Source: Comamonadaceae bacterium
GTDB taxonomy: Bacteria; Pseudomonadota; Gammaproteobacteria; Burkholderiales; Burkholderiaceae_C
Reading direction: 5' to 3'
DNA length: 40,442 bases
NCBI GenBank assembly: GCA_947452725.1
Contig: CANGEG010000001.1
Coordinates: forward strand, 1 to 40,442
Shown: positions 1 to 10,063 of the stretch, in pieces
Layout of the letters: every line of letters starts with the position of its first letter
Position numbering within the stretch: position 1 is the first letter of the stretch
The notes under the pieces: generated by a model
What the model was told of the DNA's origin: nothing
Databases searched by the model: none
The model's input: only the letters and a program-made list of their open reading frames with translations
Position numbers and translations under genes: made by a program

Positions 1-2
1 AA

Positions 3-317
3 GGTGTGCAACGCCAAGTGGCGCAAGCCACGCGCACCGCCTACCTGGGTCTGCAATCCGGATTGGGGCAAGTCCGCGCATTGGAAGCTGCTGAGTCCTC
101 CAGCCAGGCGGCGCTGGATGCCAACCAATTGGGTTACAGAGTGGGCGTACGCATCAACATTGATGTGTTGAACAGCCAAAGCCAGCTGTACCAAACCAAA
201 CGTGATCTTGCCAAGGCGCGGTATGACGTGTTGGTCGGTCAGCTCAAGTTGCGCCAGGCCAACGGCAGCTTGAAGGCGGACGACCTGCAAGCGGTGAACG
301 CCTTGCTGGCCAAATAA
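3..317 (+). CDS. tolC: TolC family outer membrane channel, C-terminal part (5' truncated by window edge)
   Basis: Open frame from the window start; GYRVGVRINIDVLNSQSQLYQTKRDLAKARYD matches the TolC C-terminal repeat; tolC next to waaA is a usual betaproteobacterial arrangement. Confidence 0.85.
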   Translation, partial: GVQRQVAQATRTAYLGLQSGLGQVRALEAAESSSQAALDANQLGYRVGVRINIDVLNSQSQLYQTKRDLAKARYDVLVGQLKLRQANGSLKADDLQAVNALLAK

Positions 318-323
318 GCGCTG

Positions 324-1631
324 TTATTGAAGTAGCTGCGCCACCGCTTGCGCGGTACGCAGCGCAGCCCCTTTGTGGGCCTGCGCAAACGCTTGAGCCT
401 GTTCGCCACGGTGCGTCAATTGCGCAGCATCGCTGAGCAGCGTCAGGGTTTGCGTCACGGCCAGCGCCATATCACTCACACGCTGCGCCGCACCGGCTTG
501 TACCGCCATCTCTGAGGCTTGCGCGAAATTGAAGGTGTGCGGTCCCATGATCACCGGGCAGCCACAGGCCGCCGCTTCGATCAGGTTTTGTCCGCCCAAA
601 GGCGCAAAGCTACCGCCCAACAAGGCTACGTCTGCCAAGCTGTAGTAAAGCGCCATTTCACCCAAGGAATCGCCAAGCCAGACGGTTGACTGGATCTGCG
701 GTTCTGTGGCCGCTGGCCCGTCCGATCCCCATAGGCTACGGCGTGACACGCGCAAACCTTGCGCCAGGAGCAATGCCTCCACCGCGTCCACACGCTGCGG
801 GTGGCGCGGCACGATCAACCATTGCGTTTCAGGTTCAATAGGGTTTTGCGCATTGGTTTCAAGCTGCGCCAACATCGCCTGCAACCAGGCTTCTTCTTCA
901 CCCTCACGCGAACTGGCCAGCATGGCCACCGGGCGCTGGATGGCAGAGCGCCAAGCTTTACCTTGTGCGCACTGCGCGGCATCCGGTTGGGCATCGAATT
1001 TGATGTTACCCATGACCCTCGGGTTAATGGCGCCAAGTTGCTGCAAGCGTTCCGCGTCGGCCTCGGTTTGGGGCCAAACCGCACGCAGCGCTTGGTACAC
1101 CGGTCGGATCAAAGCAGGCCATCGTAAAGCTTTGCCAGTGGACTGCTCACTCATGCGGGCGTTGGCCAAGGCCAGAGGTACGCCCAGCTTTTGACATTCC
1201 AGCACCAGGTTTGGCCAGACTTCGGTTTCGATCAACACCCCGACGCGGGGCTTGAAATGGCGCAAAAAAAGCTGCACCGCAGCGGGTGTGTCCCAGGGTT
1301 GCCACACCTGCACATCGCCCGCTTGCAGCAAGCGGGCACCTTCGGCGCGGCCGGTGGCGGTGCCGTGGGTCAACAACAAACGCATGCCGGGCAAGGTTTG
1401 GCGCAAGGCCTTAATCAAGACCTCGGCGGCGCGCGTCTCGCCCAAAGACACGGCATGCACCCAGACCAAGTCCGAATGCAACTCGCCGGCTTGTGTGTAG
1501 TGGCCAAAGCGCTCAGCCACAGCCTCTCCATACAAGGGCTCAGCCAGCGCGCGTCTCGCCAGCTTACGCCTCAGCAGTGGCTGCGCGCACCACAATGCGG
1601 CGTTGTAAAGGTGTTGGACGAGATGCGTCAC
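324..1631 (-). CDS. waaA: 3-deoxy-D-manno-octulosonic acid (Kdo) transferase
   Basis: WVHAVSLGE, ETEVWPNL, NARMS, GNIKFD, VPRHPQR, LGDSLGEM and GGQNLIEAA motifs. Confidence 0.95.
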   Translation of the reverse strand: MTHLVQHLYNAALWCAQPLLRRKLARRALAEPLYGEAVAERFGHYTQAGELHSDLVWVHAVSLGETRAAEVLIKALRQTLPGMRLLLTHGTATGRAEGARLLQAGDVQVWQPWDTPAAVQLFLRHFKPRVGVLIETEVWPNLVLECQKLGVPLALANARMSEQSTGKALRWPALIRPVYQALRAVWPQTEADAERLQQLGAINPRVMGNIKFDAQPDAAQCAQGKAWRSAIQRPVAMLASSREGEEEAWLQAMLAQLETNAQNPIEPETQWLIVPRHPQRVDAVEALLLAQGLRVSRRSLWGSDGPAATEPQIQSTVWLGDSLGEMALYYSLADVALLGGSFAPLGGQNLIEAAACGCPVIMGPHTFNFAQASEMAVQAGAAQRVSDMALAVTQTLTLLSDAAQLTHRGEQAQAFAQAHKGAALRTAQAVAQLLQ

Positions 1632-1674
1632 AGACCCGCCTCAGGCGTGGGCAACGGGCTGGCGTGCAAGCAGT

Positions 1675-3078
1675 TCAATGCGCTGACGCGGCAAACTGCG
1701 CATCGGGCTTGACGCTGCGCAGCAGCGCCAGCATCTCAGTTTCGATGCGATGCAAAGCCGCTTCGGTATGGCCTTCAAAGCGCACCACCAGCACCGGGGT
1801 GGTGTTTGAGGCGCGAATCAAACCAAAACCGTCGGGCCAGTCAACGCGCAAGCCGTCGATGCGGGAGACCTTGGCAGGCGCCTCAAAACTGGCTTCGGCC
1901 TTGTCCAGCAACTGCTGAGTCACGCTGTGCGGCTCGCCTTCGGCGCAGGGCACGTTCAACTCGGGCGTGCTAAAGCTGGTAGGCAGTGCGTGCAATACAG
2001 CGTTACCGTCCGGGCTGTTACTCAAAATTTCAAGCATGCGGCAACCTGCGTAGGTGCCGTCGTCAAAACCGTACCAACGCTCTTTAAAAAAGATATGGCC
2101 ACTCATCTCGCCTCCCAGAGGCGCTTGACCCCCTGCGGCTTCAATGGCCTTCATTTTGGCTTTGATCAACGAGTGACCGGTTTTGTACATCAAAGGCTGG
2201 CCACCCGCCAGCTCAATGGCCGGGGCCAAGCGCTGCGAACATTTCACGTCAAACAAAATCGTGGCACCGGGCACCCGGCTGAGAACGTCTTGCGCAAATA
2301 GCTGCATCTGGCGGTCAGGGTAAATGTTGTGGCCGTCACGGGTTACGATACCCAAGCGATCACCATCTCCATCAAAAGCTAGGCCTAACTCGGCACCCGA
2401 GGTTTTGAGGGCCGCAATCAAATCTTTCAAGTTCTCTGGTTTACTCGGGTCTGGATGGTGATTTGGAAAATTGCCGTCCACTTCGCTAAAGAGCTCAATC
2501 ACCTCGCAACCCAAGGCTCGAAAGATGGCTGGCGCTGTAGCCCCGGCCACGCCGTTGCCCGAGTCCACAACGATCTTCATGGGGCGAGCCAAATGAATGT
2601 CGCTCACGATGCGGTCTGTGTATGCGGCTGTCACGTCCACAGCGCGCAGACTGCCACCGGGCTTCAAAACCCAAGTTTCATCTTGCATCATCTGGCGCAG
2701 AGCTAAAATTTCTTCGCCATAAATCGCACGGCCGCCCATGACCATTTTGAACCCGTTGTAGTCTTTGGGGTTGTGGCTACCGGTGACCTGAATGCCGCTG
2801 GAGCAAAGCGTGTTCGCTGCGAAATACAACATGGGCGTGGTGCACAGACCGACATCGATTACCTGTATGCCGGCGGCCACCAACCCGCGCATTAAAGCGA
2901 CAGACAAGGTCGGTCCGCTCAAACGCCCGTCACGCCCTACGGCCACAGTGGTTTGTCCTTCGGCCAGTGCTTGGCTGCCAAAGGCTTTGCCAAGGCCTTC
3001 GGCCATAGCTTCGTGAATGGTGGACGGCACGATGCCGCGAATGTCATACGCTTTGAAAATACTGGGGGTGATTTGCAT
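1675..3078 (-). CDS. Phosphomannomutase/phosphoglucomutase (AlgC type)
   Basis: FKAYDIRG, TGSHNP phosphoserine loop, FDGDGDR metal loop, GEMSGH, RASNT. Confidence 0.95.
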   Translation of the reverse strand: MQITPSIFKAYDIRGIVPSTIHEAMAEGLGKAFGSQALAEGQTTVAVGRDGRLSGPTLSVALMRGLVAAGIQVIDVGLCTTPMLYFAANTLCSSGIQVTGSHNPKDYNGFKMVMGGRAIYGEEILALRQMMQDETWVLKPGGSLRAVDVTAAYTDRIVSDIHLARPMKIVVDSGNGVAGATAPAIFRALGCEVIELFSEVDGNFPNHHPDPSKPENLKDLIAALKTSGAELGLAFDGDGDRLGIVTRDGHNIYPDRQMQLFAQDVLSRVPGATILFDVKCSQRLAPAIELAGGQPLMYKTGHSLIKAKMKAIEAAGGQAPLGGEMSGHIFFKERWYGFDDGTYAGCRMLEILSNSPDGNAVLHALPTSFSTPELNVPCAEGEPHSVTQQLLDKAEASFEAPAKVSRIDGLRVDWPDGFGLIRASNTTPVLVVRFEGHTEAALHRIETEMLALLRSVKPDAQFAASAH

Positions 3079-3182
3079 GAACGCCTCGTTGAAATAACAC
3101 AGTCACCAACACGCCAACTCCTTCAGGACCCGCGGTTCACAATGTAGGCTCCATTGTATGAGCCTCATTTACAGGACCGCCT

Positions 3183-3773
3183 ATGATCGAAAGACTGACC
3201 CAGATCGCTTACGAAGATTTGCCTATTGCTGTTCGGCCCCTCGCAGACGACATCCTGAAGGTCTCTAGCGCCGCTTTAGGCGGACCCTATAACGCCCTGC
3301 TGCGCAGCCCCGATATGGCGCGGCGCTGTTTCGATTTCCTGGACTACTTGCGTTTCAAAACCTCCGTGCCCTTGCGCTTGAACGAGTTGGCGATTTTGAT
3401 CCAGGCTCGCATCTCCAATGCGCAATACGAGTGGTGGGCGCATGAGCGCATTGCCCGAAAAGCCGGCTTGGCCGATGAAGTGATGCGCGATTTGCAACAC
3501 GCCAACCGGCCGCAGCAGATGCAAGCTGACGAGCGGCTGATATATGACTATTGCGTCCAACTATCCCTGAATCACCGGGTCCCAGATGCATTGTGGCAAG
3601 AAGCCGTTGACCACTTAGGAGAACAAGCTGTGATCGATCTGACCGTGTTATCAGGCACCTATGTCATGGTCTCGATGCTGCTGAACGCGACCCAAGTGGT
3701 CATACCTGATGGCGCGCCTGAACCCTTGCAGGTAATGGACCCGGCCCTCATTCGACAACGCTTGCTGGCTTGA
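3183..3773 (+). CDS. Carboxymuconolactone decarboxylase / AhpD-like family protein
   Basis: GGPYNALLRSP, ELAILIQAR...YEWWAH pattern of the Cys-less CMD-like subgroup; AGGA RBS upstream. Confidence 0.8.
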   Translation: MIERLTQIAYEDLPIAVRPLADDILKVSSAALGGPYNALLRSPDMARRCFDFLDYLRFKTSVPLRLNELAILIQARISNAQYEWWAHERIARKAGLADEVMRDLQHANRPQQMQADERLIYDYCVQLSLNHRVPDALWQEAVDHLGEQAVIDLTVLSGTYVMVSMLLNATQVVIPDGAPEPLQVMDPALIRQRLLA

Positions 3774-3798
3774 ACTCAAAAAAATTTTGGAGAACGCA

Positions 3799-4776
3799 AT
3801 GAAATTGAATCTTCTTAGTGCGGGCCTGGCCCTGGTTGCGTCGCTTGCGGGGCTACAAGCCACGGCCCAAGACTATCCCTTGCGCCCAATCACCATGGTC
3901 ATGCCCTATGCCCCCGGCGGACCGGGCGACACCATCACTCGCTTGTTTGCCGGTGCCATGCAAAAGCAATTAGGCCAACAAATTGTGGTGGACAACACGG
4001 CAGGGGCCTCCGGCTCGATCGGCACCGCCAAAGTAGCGCGCGCCAAACCCGACGGCTACACATTGCTGATGATTCACGTTAGCCACGCTACCAACATGGC
4101 CATGTACAAAAGCATGCCCTACCACCCGGTGGACGATTTTGAACCTATTGGCCGCGCCACCAGTGGCCCCATGGTGATCGTGGCACGCAATGACTTTCCA
4201 GCCAAAGACCTGAACGAGTTTGTCGCCTACATCAAAGCCAACGGCCCCAAGATCAGTCTAGCTCATGCCGGCGTGGGCTCGGCATCTCATCTATGCGGTT
4301 TGATGATGATGAACACCTTAAACATCAAACTCAATGAAATCCCCTACAAAGGCACTGGCCCTGCATTGACTGATCTGATGGGAGGACAAGTCGATTTGAT
4401 GTGTGACCAAACCTCGGGCACAGTGCCGCCCGTCAAAGCTGGCAAGATCAAAGCCTATGCGGCTGCAGGTAAAACGCGGCTAAGCGGACTGCCCGATGTG
4501 CCGGCTATTTCAGAAGCCGGGGTACAAGGATTTGACATCAACATCTCATTTGGCCTGTATGCGCCCAAAGGCACGCCCAAGCCGGTGTTGGACCAATTGA
4601 CAGCGGCGCTGCAAAAGTCGGTGGCCGACCCTGAAGTGCGTCAGCGGCTAGAAGCCATGGGCGTGTCAGCGGTGACGCCTGATTTGGCCAAGCCCGAAGC
4701 CTTGCGCGCCCATTTGAAATACGAAATCGACACCTTGGGCAGCCTACTCACCAAGGCCGGAGTGAAAGCGAATTGA
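3799..4776 (+). CDS. Bug/TctC tripartite tricarboxylate transporter substrate-binding protein
   Basis: Signal peptide, YPLRPITMVMPYAPGGPGD, DNTAGASGSIG, PDGYTLL, PYKGTGPA; ATG at 3799 follows GGAG. Confidence 0.93.
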   Translation: MKLNLLSAGLALVASLAGLQATAQDYPLRPITMVMPYAPGGPGDTITRLFAGAMQKQLGQQIVVDNTAGASGSIGTAKVARAKPDGYTLLMIHVSHATNMAMYKSMPYHPVDDFEPIGRATSGPMVIVARNDFPAKDLNEFVAYIKANGPKISLAHAGVGSASHLCGLMMMNTLNIKLNEIPYKGTGPALTDLMGGQVDLMCDQTSGTVPPVKAGKIKAYAAAGKTRLSGLPDVPAISEAGVQGFDINISFGLYAPKGTPKPVLDQLTAALQKSVADPEVRQRLEAMGVSAVTPDLAKPEALRAHLKYEIDTLGSLLTKAGVKAN

Positions 4777-5972
4777 GCAACTGGATCACGCTGTTTCTGA
4801 CCTTGGTGATTCAGGCCATGGTCTCCATGGCGTTGTTGACCTTGCCGGTGATGGCGCCTGTGGTCGCCCAGGATCTGCAGGTCTCTCCCGCTCTGGTCGG
4901 TCTGTATGTGTCCATGACCTATGCCGGGGCCATGGCCGCCAGCCTGATGGGGGGGGCCAGCGTGAAACGGCTGGGTGCAATCCGTGTCAGCCAATGGGGG
5001 CTGGTGCTGTGCGCTGCCGGCTTGTTGCTCTGCGCTGTGCCCTGGTTCCCGGCCATGGGACTAGGGGCGGTGTTGATCGGTTTGGGTTACGGCCCTATCA
5101 CCCCGGCCAGCTCGCACCTTTTGGCGCGCACCACGCCCAAGCACCAACTGTCTTTGGTCTTCTCATTAAAACAAACCGGCGTGCCTTTGGGCAGTCTGCT
5201 GGCCGGCGCGATTGTGCCGTCGATGCTCCTGGCGCTCAGCTGGCACAGCAGCTTAGGTGTCGTGGCGGCTGTTTGCCTGCTGTGTGCGGCTTTGGCGCAA
5301 CCCTTGCGCACTGAGCTCGACCAAGACCGCCAACCGCATGTACCCATACGCTGGGGCAGTTGGATCACGCCGATTCGCATGGTTTTGGCACACCGCGCCT
5401 TGACCACCATGGCGGCTTGCTCATTCATGTTCTCCATGGTGCAGCTGTCGCTGACCACTTACTTGGTAACTTTTTTGCACGACGATCTGGCCTATGGCCT
5501 GATCGCTGCCGGGCTGGCTTTGTCGGCCACACAACTGGGCGGTATGGTCGGGCGCATTGCTTGGGGCTACGCGGCTGACCGCTGGCTGGGCGCGCAGCGT
5601 ATGTTGTTAACGCTGGCCAGTTTGATGACCCTGAGTGCTTTGGCTTCAGCCACCTTGACGGTGGAAACACCGCAAGCCTTGGTATTGACAATCTTAGTAA
5701 CCTTCGGCGCTTCTGCCATTGGCTGGAATGGCGTGTACTTGGCAGAAGTGGCGCGCCGCGCGCCCGAAGGCATGGCCAGCGTCGCCACCGGTGGCACCCT
5801 GGCCTTCACTTTCTCAGGGGTGGTGATTGGCCCGCCCATCTTTGGCGCGCTGTCTACCCTGTTTGGCACTTACCGCGCCGGCTTTGTTGGCCTGATGGTG
5901 GTGGCCAGCGTGAGCGGCATCTTGCTGTATTTGAGCCAACGCAAGTCGCAGCTTGTGGCCGCTTCAAGATAA
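4773..5972 (+). CDS. MFS transporter
   Basis: About 12 hydrophobic segments, SLKQTGVPLG, GRIAWGYAADR; TTG start overlaps the Bug stop. Confidence 0.88.
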   Translation: MSNWITLFLTLVIQAMVSMALLTLPVMAPVVAQDLQVSPALVGLYVSMTYAGAMAASLMGGASVKRLGAIRVSQWGLVLCAAGLLLCAVPWFPAMGLGAVLIGLGYGPITPASSHLLARTTPKHQLSLVFSLKQTGVPLGSLLAGAIVPSMLLALSWHSSLGVVAAVCLLCAALAQPLRTELDQDRQPHVPIRWGSWITPIRMVLAHRALTTMAACSFMFSMVQLSLTTYLVTFLHDDLAYGLIAAGLALSATQLGGMVGRIAWGYAADRWLGAQRMLLTLASLMTLSALASATLTVETPQALVLTILVTFGASAIGWNGVYLAEVARRAPEGMASVATGGTLAFTFSGVVIGPPIFGALSTLFGTYRAGFVGLMVVASVSGILLYLSQRKSQLVAASR

Positions 5973-5983
5973 ACTGACAGGCC

Positions 5984-6508
5984 ATGAAATTTCACCCGCT
6001 CACCACTCGCAGCCACTGGCCAAGCCCGCTGGGGCTGGTCCATTTGTCAGCCAGCCCCGAGGGGTTGTCGGGTGTATTTTTCGAAAATCAACGCCATTTA
6101 CCCCTGCTGCAGGCCTGGCCGGAGGAAACGCGCAACCCCTTCATATTGGCTGCCATCACGTTATTGCAGGCCTATTTCGACGGCAAAGGCTCCGCGCTGG
6201 ACGCGCCTTTGGCCCTACCACTCGACTTACAAAGCGGCACCGTTTTTCAGCAAACGGTTTGGCAAGCATTGCTGCGCATTCCCGCTGGACAGACGCAAAG
6301 TTATGGCCAATTGGCCCAGCAGATCGGCAAGCCGAGCGCCGTTCGCGCTGTGGGTGCGGCGGTGGGCCACAACCCGATCAGCCTGATCGTGCCCTGCCAC
6401 CGCATCGTCGGAGCCGCAGGCCAACTGACCGGTTATGCCGGGGGTTTGTGGCGTAAAGAGGCCTTGCTTAAACTGGAATTCGCTCTACCAGCGACAATAG
6501 AGAGTTAA
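5984..6508 (+). CDS. ogt: Methylated-DNA--protein-cysteine S-methyltransferase
   Basis: FQQTVW, IPAGQTQSYG, RAVGAAVGHNPI, active-site PCHR, GYAGG. Confidence 0.93.
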   Translation: MKFHPLTTRSHWPSPLGLVHLSASPEGLSGVFFENQRHLPLLQAWPEETRNPFILAAITLLQAYFDGKGSALDAPLALPLDLQSGTVFQQTVWQALLRIPAGQTQSYGQLAQQIGKPSAVRAVGAAVGHNPISLIVPCHRIVGAAGQLTGYAGGLWRKEALLKLEFALPATIES

Positions 6509-6555
6509 AAATCTGCATCTGCGATGCGCAACCTTGCCTCTATTTGAATAAGCGC

Positions 6556-7500
6556 ATGCCCCACCCAGCCAGCCCCCTTGGTTCACCCTTGACCATCGCC
6601 ATTGCCTCCCCGCGCTGGAAAGCGGACTTTCTGATGCTAGCCATGATCTGGGGCGCATCATTCATATTCATGCGTACAGCCGCTATTGAGTTTGGCGCAT
6701 TGCCCACCGCCGCGCTACGTGTATGCGTGGCAGCTTTATTTTTGCTACCCCTGTTGTTTTGGCGTGGTCAAAGCCAGGTGCTGTGGGCCAATTGGAAGCC
6801 CGTTTTTTTTGTCGGTGTCTTTAACTCGGCTTTGCCCTTTGTTCTGTACTCCTTCGCAGTTCAGCACATCACCACCGGCTTGTCTTCCATCGTCAACGCC
6901 ACCGTCCCTTTGTTTGGCGCTGTGGTGGCTTGGCTTTGGCTGGGAGACAAGCCGGGCCTGTCGCGCACATTGGGATTGGCCATTGGCTTTGTGGGCGTGT
7001 TGCTGCTGGCCGGGGGTGAGGCCAATTTCAAACCCAACGCCTCAGGCATCGCACCGATGTGGGCGGTAGGCGCTTGTTTGCTTGCCACCTTAAGTTATGC
7101 CCTGTCGGCTAACTTTGCCAAGCGCTACATCCCCCATGTGCCGCCTCTGGCCACTGCAACGGGTAGTCAATGCGGCGCCACGCTGGCGCTGGCCCTGCCG
7201 GCCTTGTTTGCGCTGCCCAGCGAGATGCCAAGTAGCCAAGCCTGGGGCGCTTTGATTGCGGTGGGCGTGCTGTGCACCGCCATCGCCTACGTCTTGTATT
7301 TCAGGTTGATAGAAAACGCGGGGCCGGCCAAGGCCCTCACAGTCACCTTTTTGATTCCGGTGTTTGCCATAGGTTACGGCGTGTTGCTGCTAAATGAACA
7401 CATCACCGCATGGATGCTGCTTTGCGGCGCGGTAATTTTGATCGGCACGGGCCTGTCCAGTGGCTTGCTGCGCTTACCGCAACGGAAGCTGGCGCCATGA
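6556..7500 (+). CDS. DMT/EamA family transporter
   Basis: LAMIWGASF, two EamA repeats, about 10 TM segments; start uncertain (6544 TTG or 6556 ATG). Confidence 0.88.
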   Translation: MPHPASPLGSPLTIAIASPRWKADFLMLAMIWGASFIFMRTAAIEFGALPTAALRVCVAALFLLPLLFWRGQSQVLWANWKPVFFVGVFNSALPFVLYSFAVQHITTGLSSIVNATVPLFGAVVAWLWLGDKPGLSRTLGLAIGFVGVLLLAGGEANFKPNASGIAPMWAVGACLLATLSYALSANFAKRYIPHVPPLATATGSQCGATLALALPALFALPSEMPSSQAWGALIAVGVLCTAIAYVLYFRLIENAGPAKALTVTFLIPVFAIGYGVLLLNEHITAWMLLCGAVILIGTGLSSGLLRLPQRKLAP

Positions 7501-8057
7501 TTTCACCCATCGCTTTATCGTTGATTTCGATGCGCAAACTCTGGGCCGTTGGCGCTGTGTATCTGGTAGCGCTGCTGAGCGCGTGCAGCACCGCGCCGCC
7601 AGAAGGCTTGCAAGGCGTAAAGCCGTTTGACGCGCAGCGCTACCAAGGCACGTGGTACGAAATTGCGCGCCTGGATCACTCGTTTGAACGCAACATGATG
7701 GACGTGAGCGCACGCTACACAGTGCAAGCCGATGGCTCAGTGCAGGTGGTCAACCGCGGCTTCAACACGGTCAAAAATGAATGGAAAGAAGCCGTGGGCA
7801 AAGCCTTGTTCACTGGAGACACCGATCGCGGCTCGCTCAAGGTTTCGTTCTTCGGGCCGTTTTACGGCGGCTACCACGTGGTGGCACTCGATACAGATTA
7901 CCGATGGTCCATGGTGGTCGGCCCAGACCGCAATTACCTGTGGATTTTAGCGCGCGATAAACAGCTGGACCCTGCGCTCAAAGCCCAACTGCTGAGACAG
8001 GCCCAGGTCTTTCGCTTGCCCGCCGAGCAGCTGATTTGGGTGACGCACACGCGTTAA
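7497..8057 (+). CDS. blc: Outer membrane lipoprotein lipocalin (Blc family)
   Basis: Lipobox LSAC, RYQGTWYEIARLDHSFE, LKVSFFGPFYGGY, YLWILAR; ATGA overlap with the EamA stop. Confidence 0.9.
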   Translation: MISPIALSLISMRKLWAVGAVYLVALLSACSTAPPEGLQGVKPFDAQRYQGTWYEIARLDHSFERNMMDVSARYTVQADGSVQVVNRGFNTVKNEWKEAVGKALFTGDTDRGSLKVSFFGPFYGGYHVVALDTDYRWSMVVGPDRNYLWILARDKQLDPALKAQLLRQAQVFRLPAEQLIWVTHTR

Positions 8058-8178
8058 ATTGCGCATCGAGGTAATGCCTTTCGCGTTACAAGCGGTCACC
8101 TCATTTTTACCTGCTCTGCGCCACCATGAAGTGAAGCCCCTGAGAATCAATCTCTTTGAAAAGCAACAGGGAGTTCTC

Positions 8179-8931
8179 ATGCGATTGACATACACCACAG
8201 CGGCCATAGCACTCTTCTGGGCCATGGGCTGCGCTTCGATTCAAGCCCAATCAATCCCATCCAGTCCAGTGCAAGCCCTCAAACTTGGCACCATCGCGCA
8301 CCTGAGCGCATCGGCCACCACACGAGTGCTGCAAGACTGGTTGATGATTCGACTCTCGGTGCAAAAAGAAGGCGCTGAAGCGGCTATGGTGCAACGGCAA
8401 GTCAACACCACCTTGGCGGCCGCGTTGGCGCAGGCACAAAGCGAGGCCAAGCAAAATGACGCCAAGCCTGGGGCCATGGAACTCAGCACAGGCCAGCTTA
8501 ATGTGTCGCAGCGCTACAACCGTGAAGGAAAAACCAGTGGCTGGCTGGGCACAGCCGAACTGATTGTGCAGGGGCGGGACATCGATCGCATCACCGCCAC
8601 GGCCGCACGCCTAAATGGCTTGACCGTGAGCCAAGTGGAGTGGCAAATCAGCCCCGAATTGATGAGCCAAAGCGAAGCCCATGTACAAAGCCAAGCAGTG
8701 GCGCAGTGGCGCACCAAAGCCAACGCGTTGACGCAGCAATTGGGCATGAGCCGTTACAGCATTGACGATGTGACTCTGAGCACGCAGGATAATGGCCAGG
8801 GCATCGGCCCTCGTGTCACGTCCATGGTGATGAGGGACCCCGGCCCCGATGCACGCAGCGCAGCGCTGTCCGTGCAAGCGAGTCAGTCACAGGTCACCGT
8901 GGTAGTTTCTGGGCAAATCCTGTTGCAATAA
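8179..8931 (+). CDS. SIMPL (DUF541) domain periplasmic protein
   Basis: Signal peptide after GGGAG RBS; LSASA...D, GW.GTAEL, C-terminal V.V.VSG.I.L pattern. Confidence 0.75.
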   Translation: MRLTYTTAAIALFWAMGCASIQAQSIPSSPVQALKLGTIAHLSASATTRVLQDWLMIRLSVQKEGAEAAMVQRQVNTTLAAALAQAQSEAKQNDAKPGAMELSTGQLNVSQRYNREGKTSGWLGTAELIVQGRDIDRITATAARLNGLTVSQVEWQISPELMSQSEAHVQSQAVAQWRTKANALTQQLGMSRYSIDDVTLSTQDNGQGIGPRVTSMVMRDPGPDARSAALSVQASQSQVTVVVSGQILLQ

Positions 8932-9043
8932 CGCGCCTAGGCAGCCCTTGGGCAACACTGGGGACAGGGCATCAGTCAATAGAATCATGGGCAATTGAAT
9001 AATCGGGAATAATCGCCAGCTTTACCACGCTGTACCGATCCCC

Positions 9044-10063
9044 ATGCTGCATCTTTTTTCTGGCGCTCGCCGCCAATCCCTGCGCACACTGGCGTGCGCC
9101 GGCTTGATTGCCGTAACCATGCTCACGCCATCCGCGCAAGCACAAACCGCAGTGACCGTCCCGGCTGTTGCAAGCGGCATTCCGATCAAACTGATCGTGC
9201 CCTTCACCCCGGGCACCGGCATTGACCTGATCGCCCGCACCATCGGACCCAAGCTTTCGCTCAAACTCAACCGTCCGGTGGTGGTGGACAACCGCGTGGG
9301 CGCCTCCGGCAATATTGGCACCGAAGCAGTGGTGCGCGCCGCGCCTGATGGCAACACATTGCTGGTGAGCGTAAACACCTTGGTGATGAACCGCAGCCTC
9401 TACCCCAGCCTCAGCTTTGACCCAGTTAAAGACCTGATGCCGGTGACGCTCACTAGTTGGGGCCAATTGCTGCTAGTCACTCACCCCAGGTCGGGCTTTG
9501 CCACCGCCGGCGAATTGGTTCAAGCCGCCAAAGCCCAGCCAGGACGCATCAACTTCGCCTCGCCCGGCGTTGGCACGCCGCACCATTTGTCGATGGAGTT
9601 GTTCAAGAACACCGCGCAGGTCTTTTTGACGCACATTCCTTACCGCGGCACAGGCCCGGCCGTCACCGATTTGCTCGGTGGCCAAGTCGACACTATGTTC
9701 TTACCGATTCACGTGGCGCTGCCGCACATCCGCTCAGGCCGCATGGTGGCCTTGGGCATTGGCAGTGACAAGCGTCATCCCTTGTTGCCTGAGGTGCCCA
9801 CGCTGGCCGAGGCCAAAGCGGGCCAAGTCAATGTGGACATGTGGTACGGCGTGTTTGCGCCCAAAGGCACGCCGGCAGACATCGTGACCCTATTCAACCG
9901 CGAAATTAATTTGATTTTGAAAAGTGAAGACACCCAAAAAGCATTTCAAACACAAGGCATGGACCCTGCGGGCAGCAGCCCGCAAGAGTTTGGCCGCGTG
10001 GTCGAGCGCGACGCGAACCGTTGGGCACAACTGATCAAAACCCAACACATTAAGGCAGATTGA
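9044..10063 (+). CDS. Bug/TctC substrate-binding protein
   Basis: PIKLIVPFTPGTGID, DNRVGASGNIG, PDGNTLL, HIPYRGTGPA. Confidence 0.93.
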   Translation: MLHLFSGARRQSLRTLACAGLIAVTMLTPSAQAQTAVTVPAVASGIPIKLIVPFTPGTGIDLIARTIGPKLSLKLNRPVVVDNRVGASGNIGTEAVVRAAPDGNTLLVSVNTLVMNRSLYPSLSFDPVKDLMPVTLTSWGQLLLVTHPRSGFATAGELVQAAKAQPGRINFASPGVGTPHHLSMELFKNTAQVFLTHIPYRGTGPAVTDLLGGQVDTMFLPIHVALPHIRSGRMVALGIGSDKRHPLLPEVPTLAEAKAGQVNVDMWYGVFAPKGTPADIVTLFNREINLILKSEDTQKAFQTQGMDPAGSSPQEFGRVVERDANRWAQLIKTQHIKAD

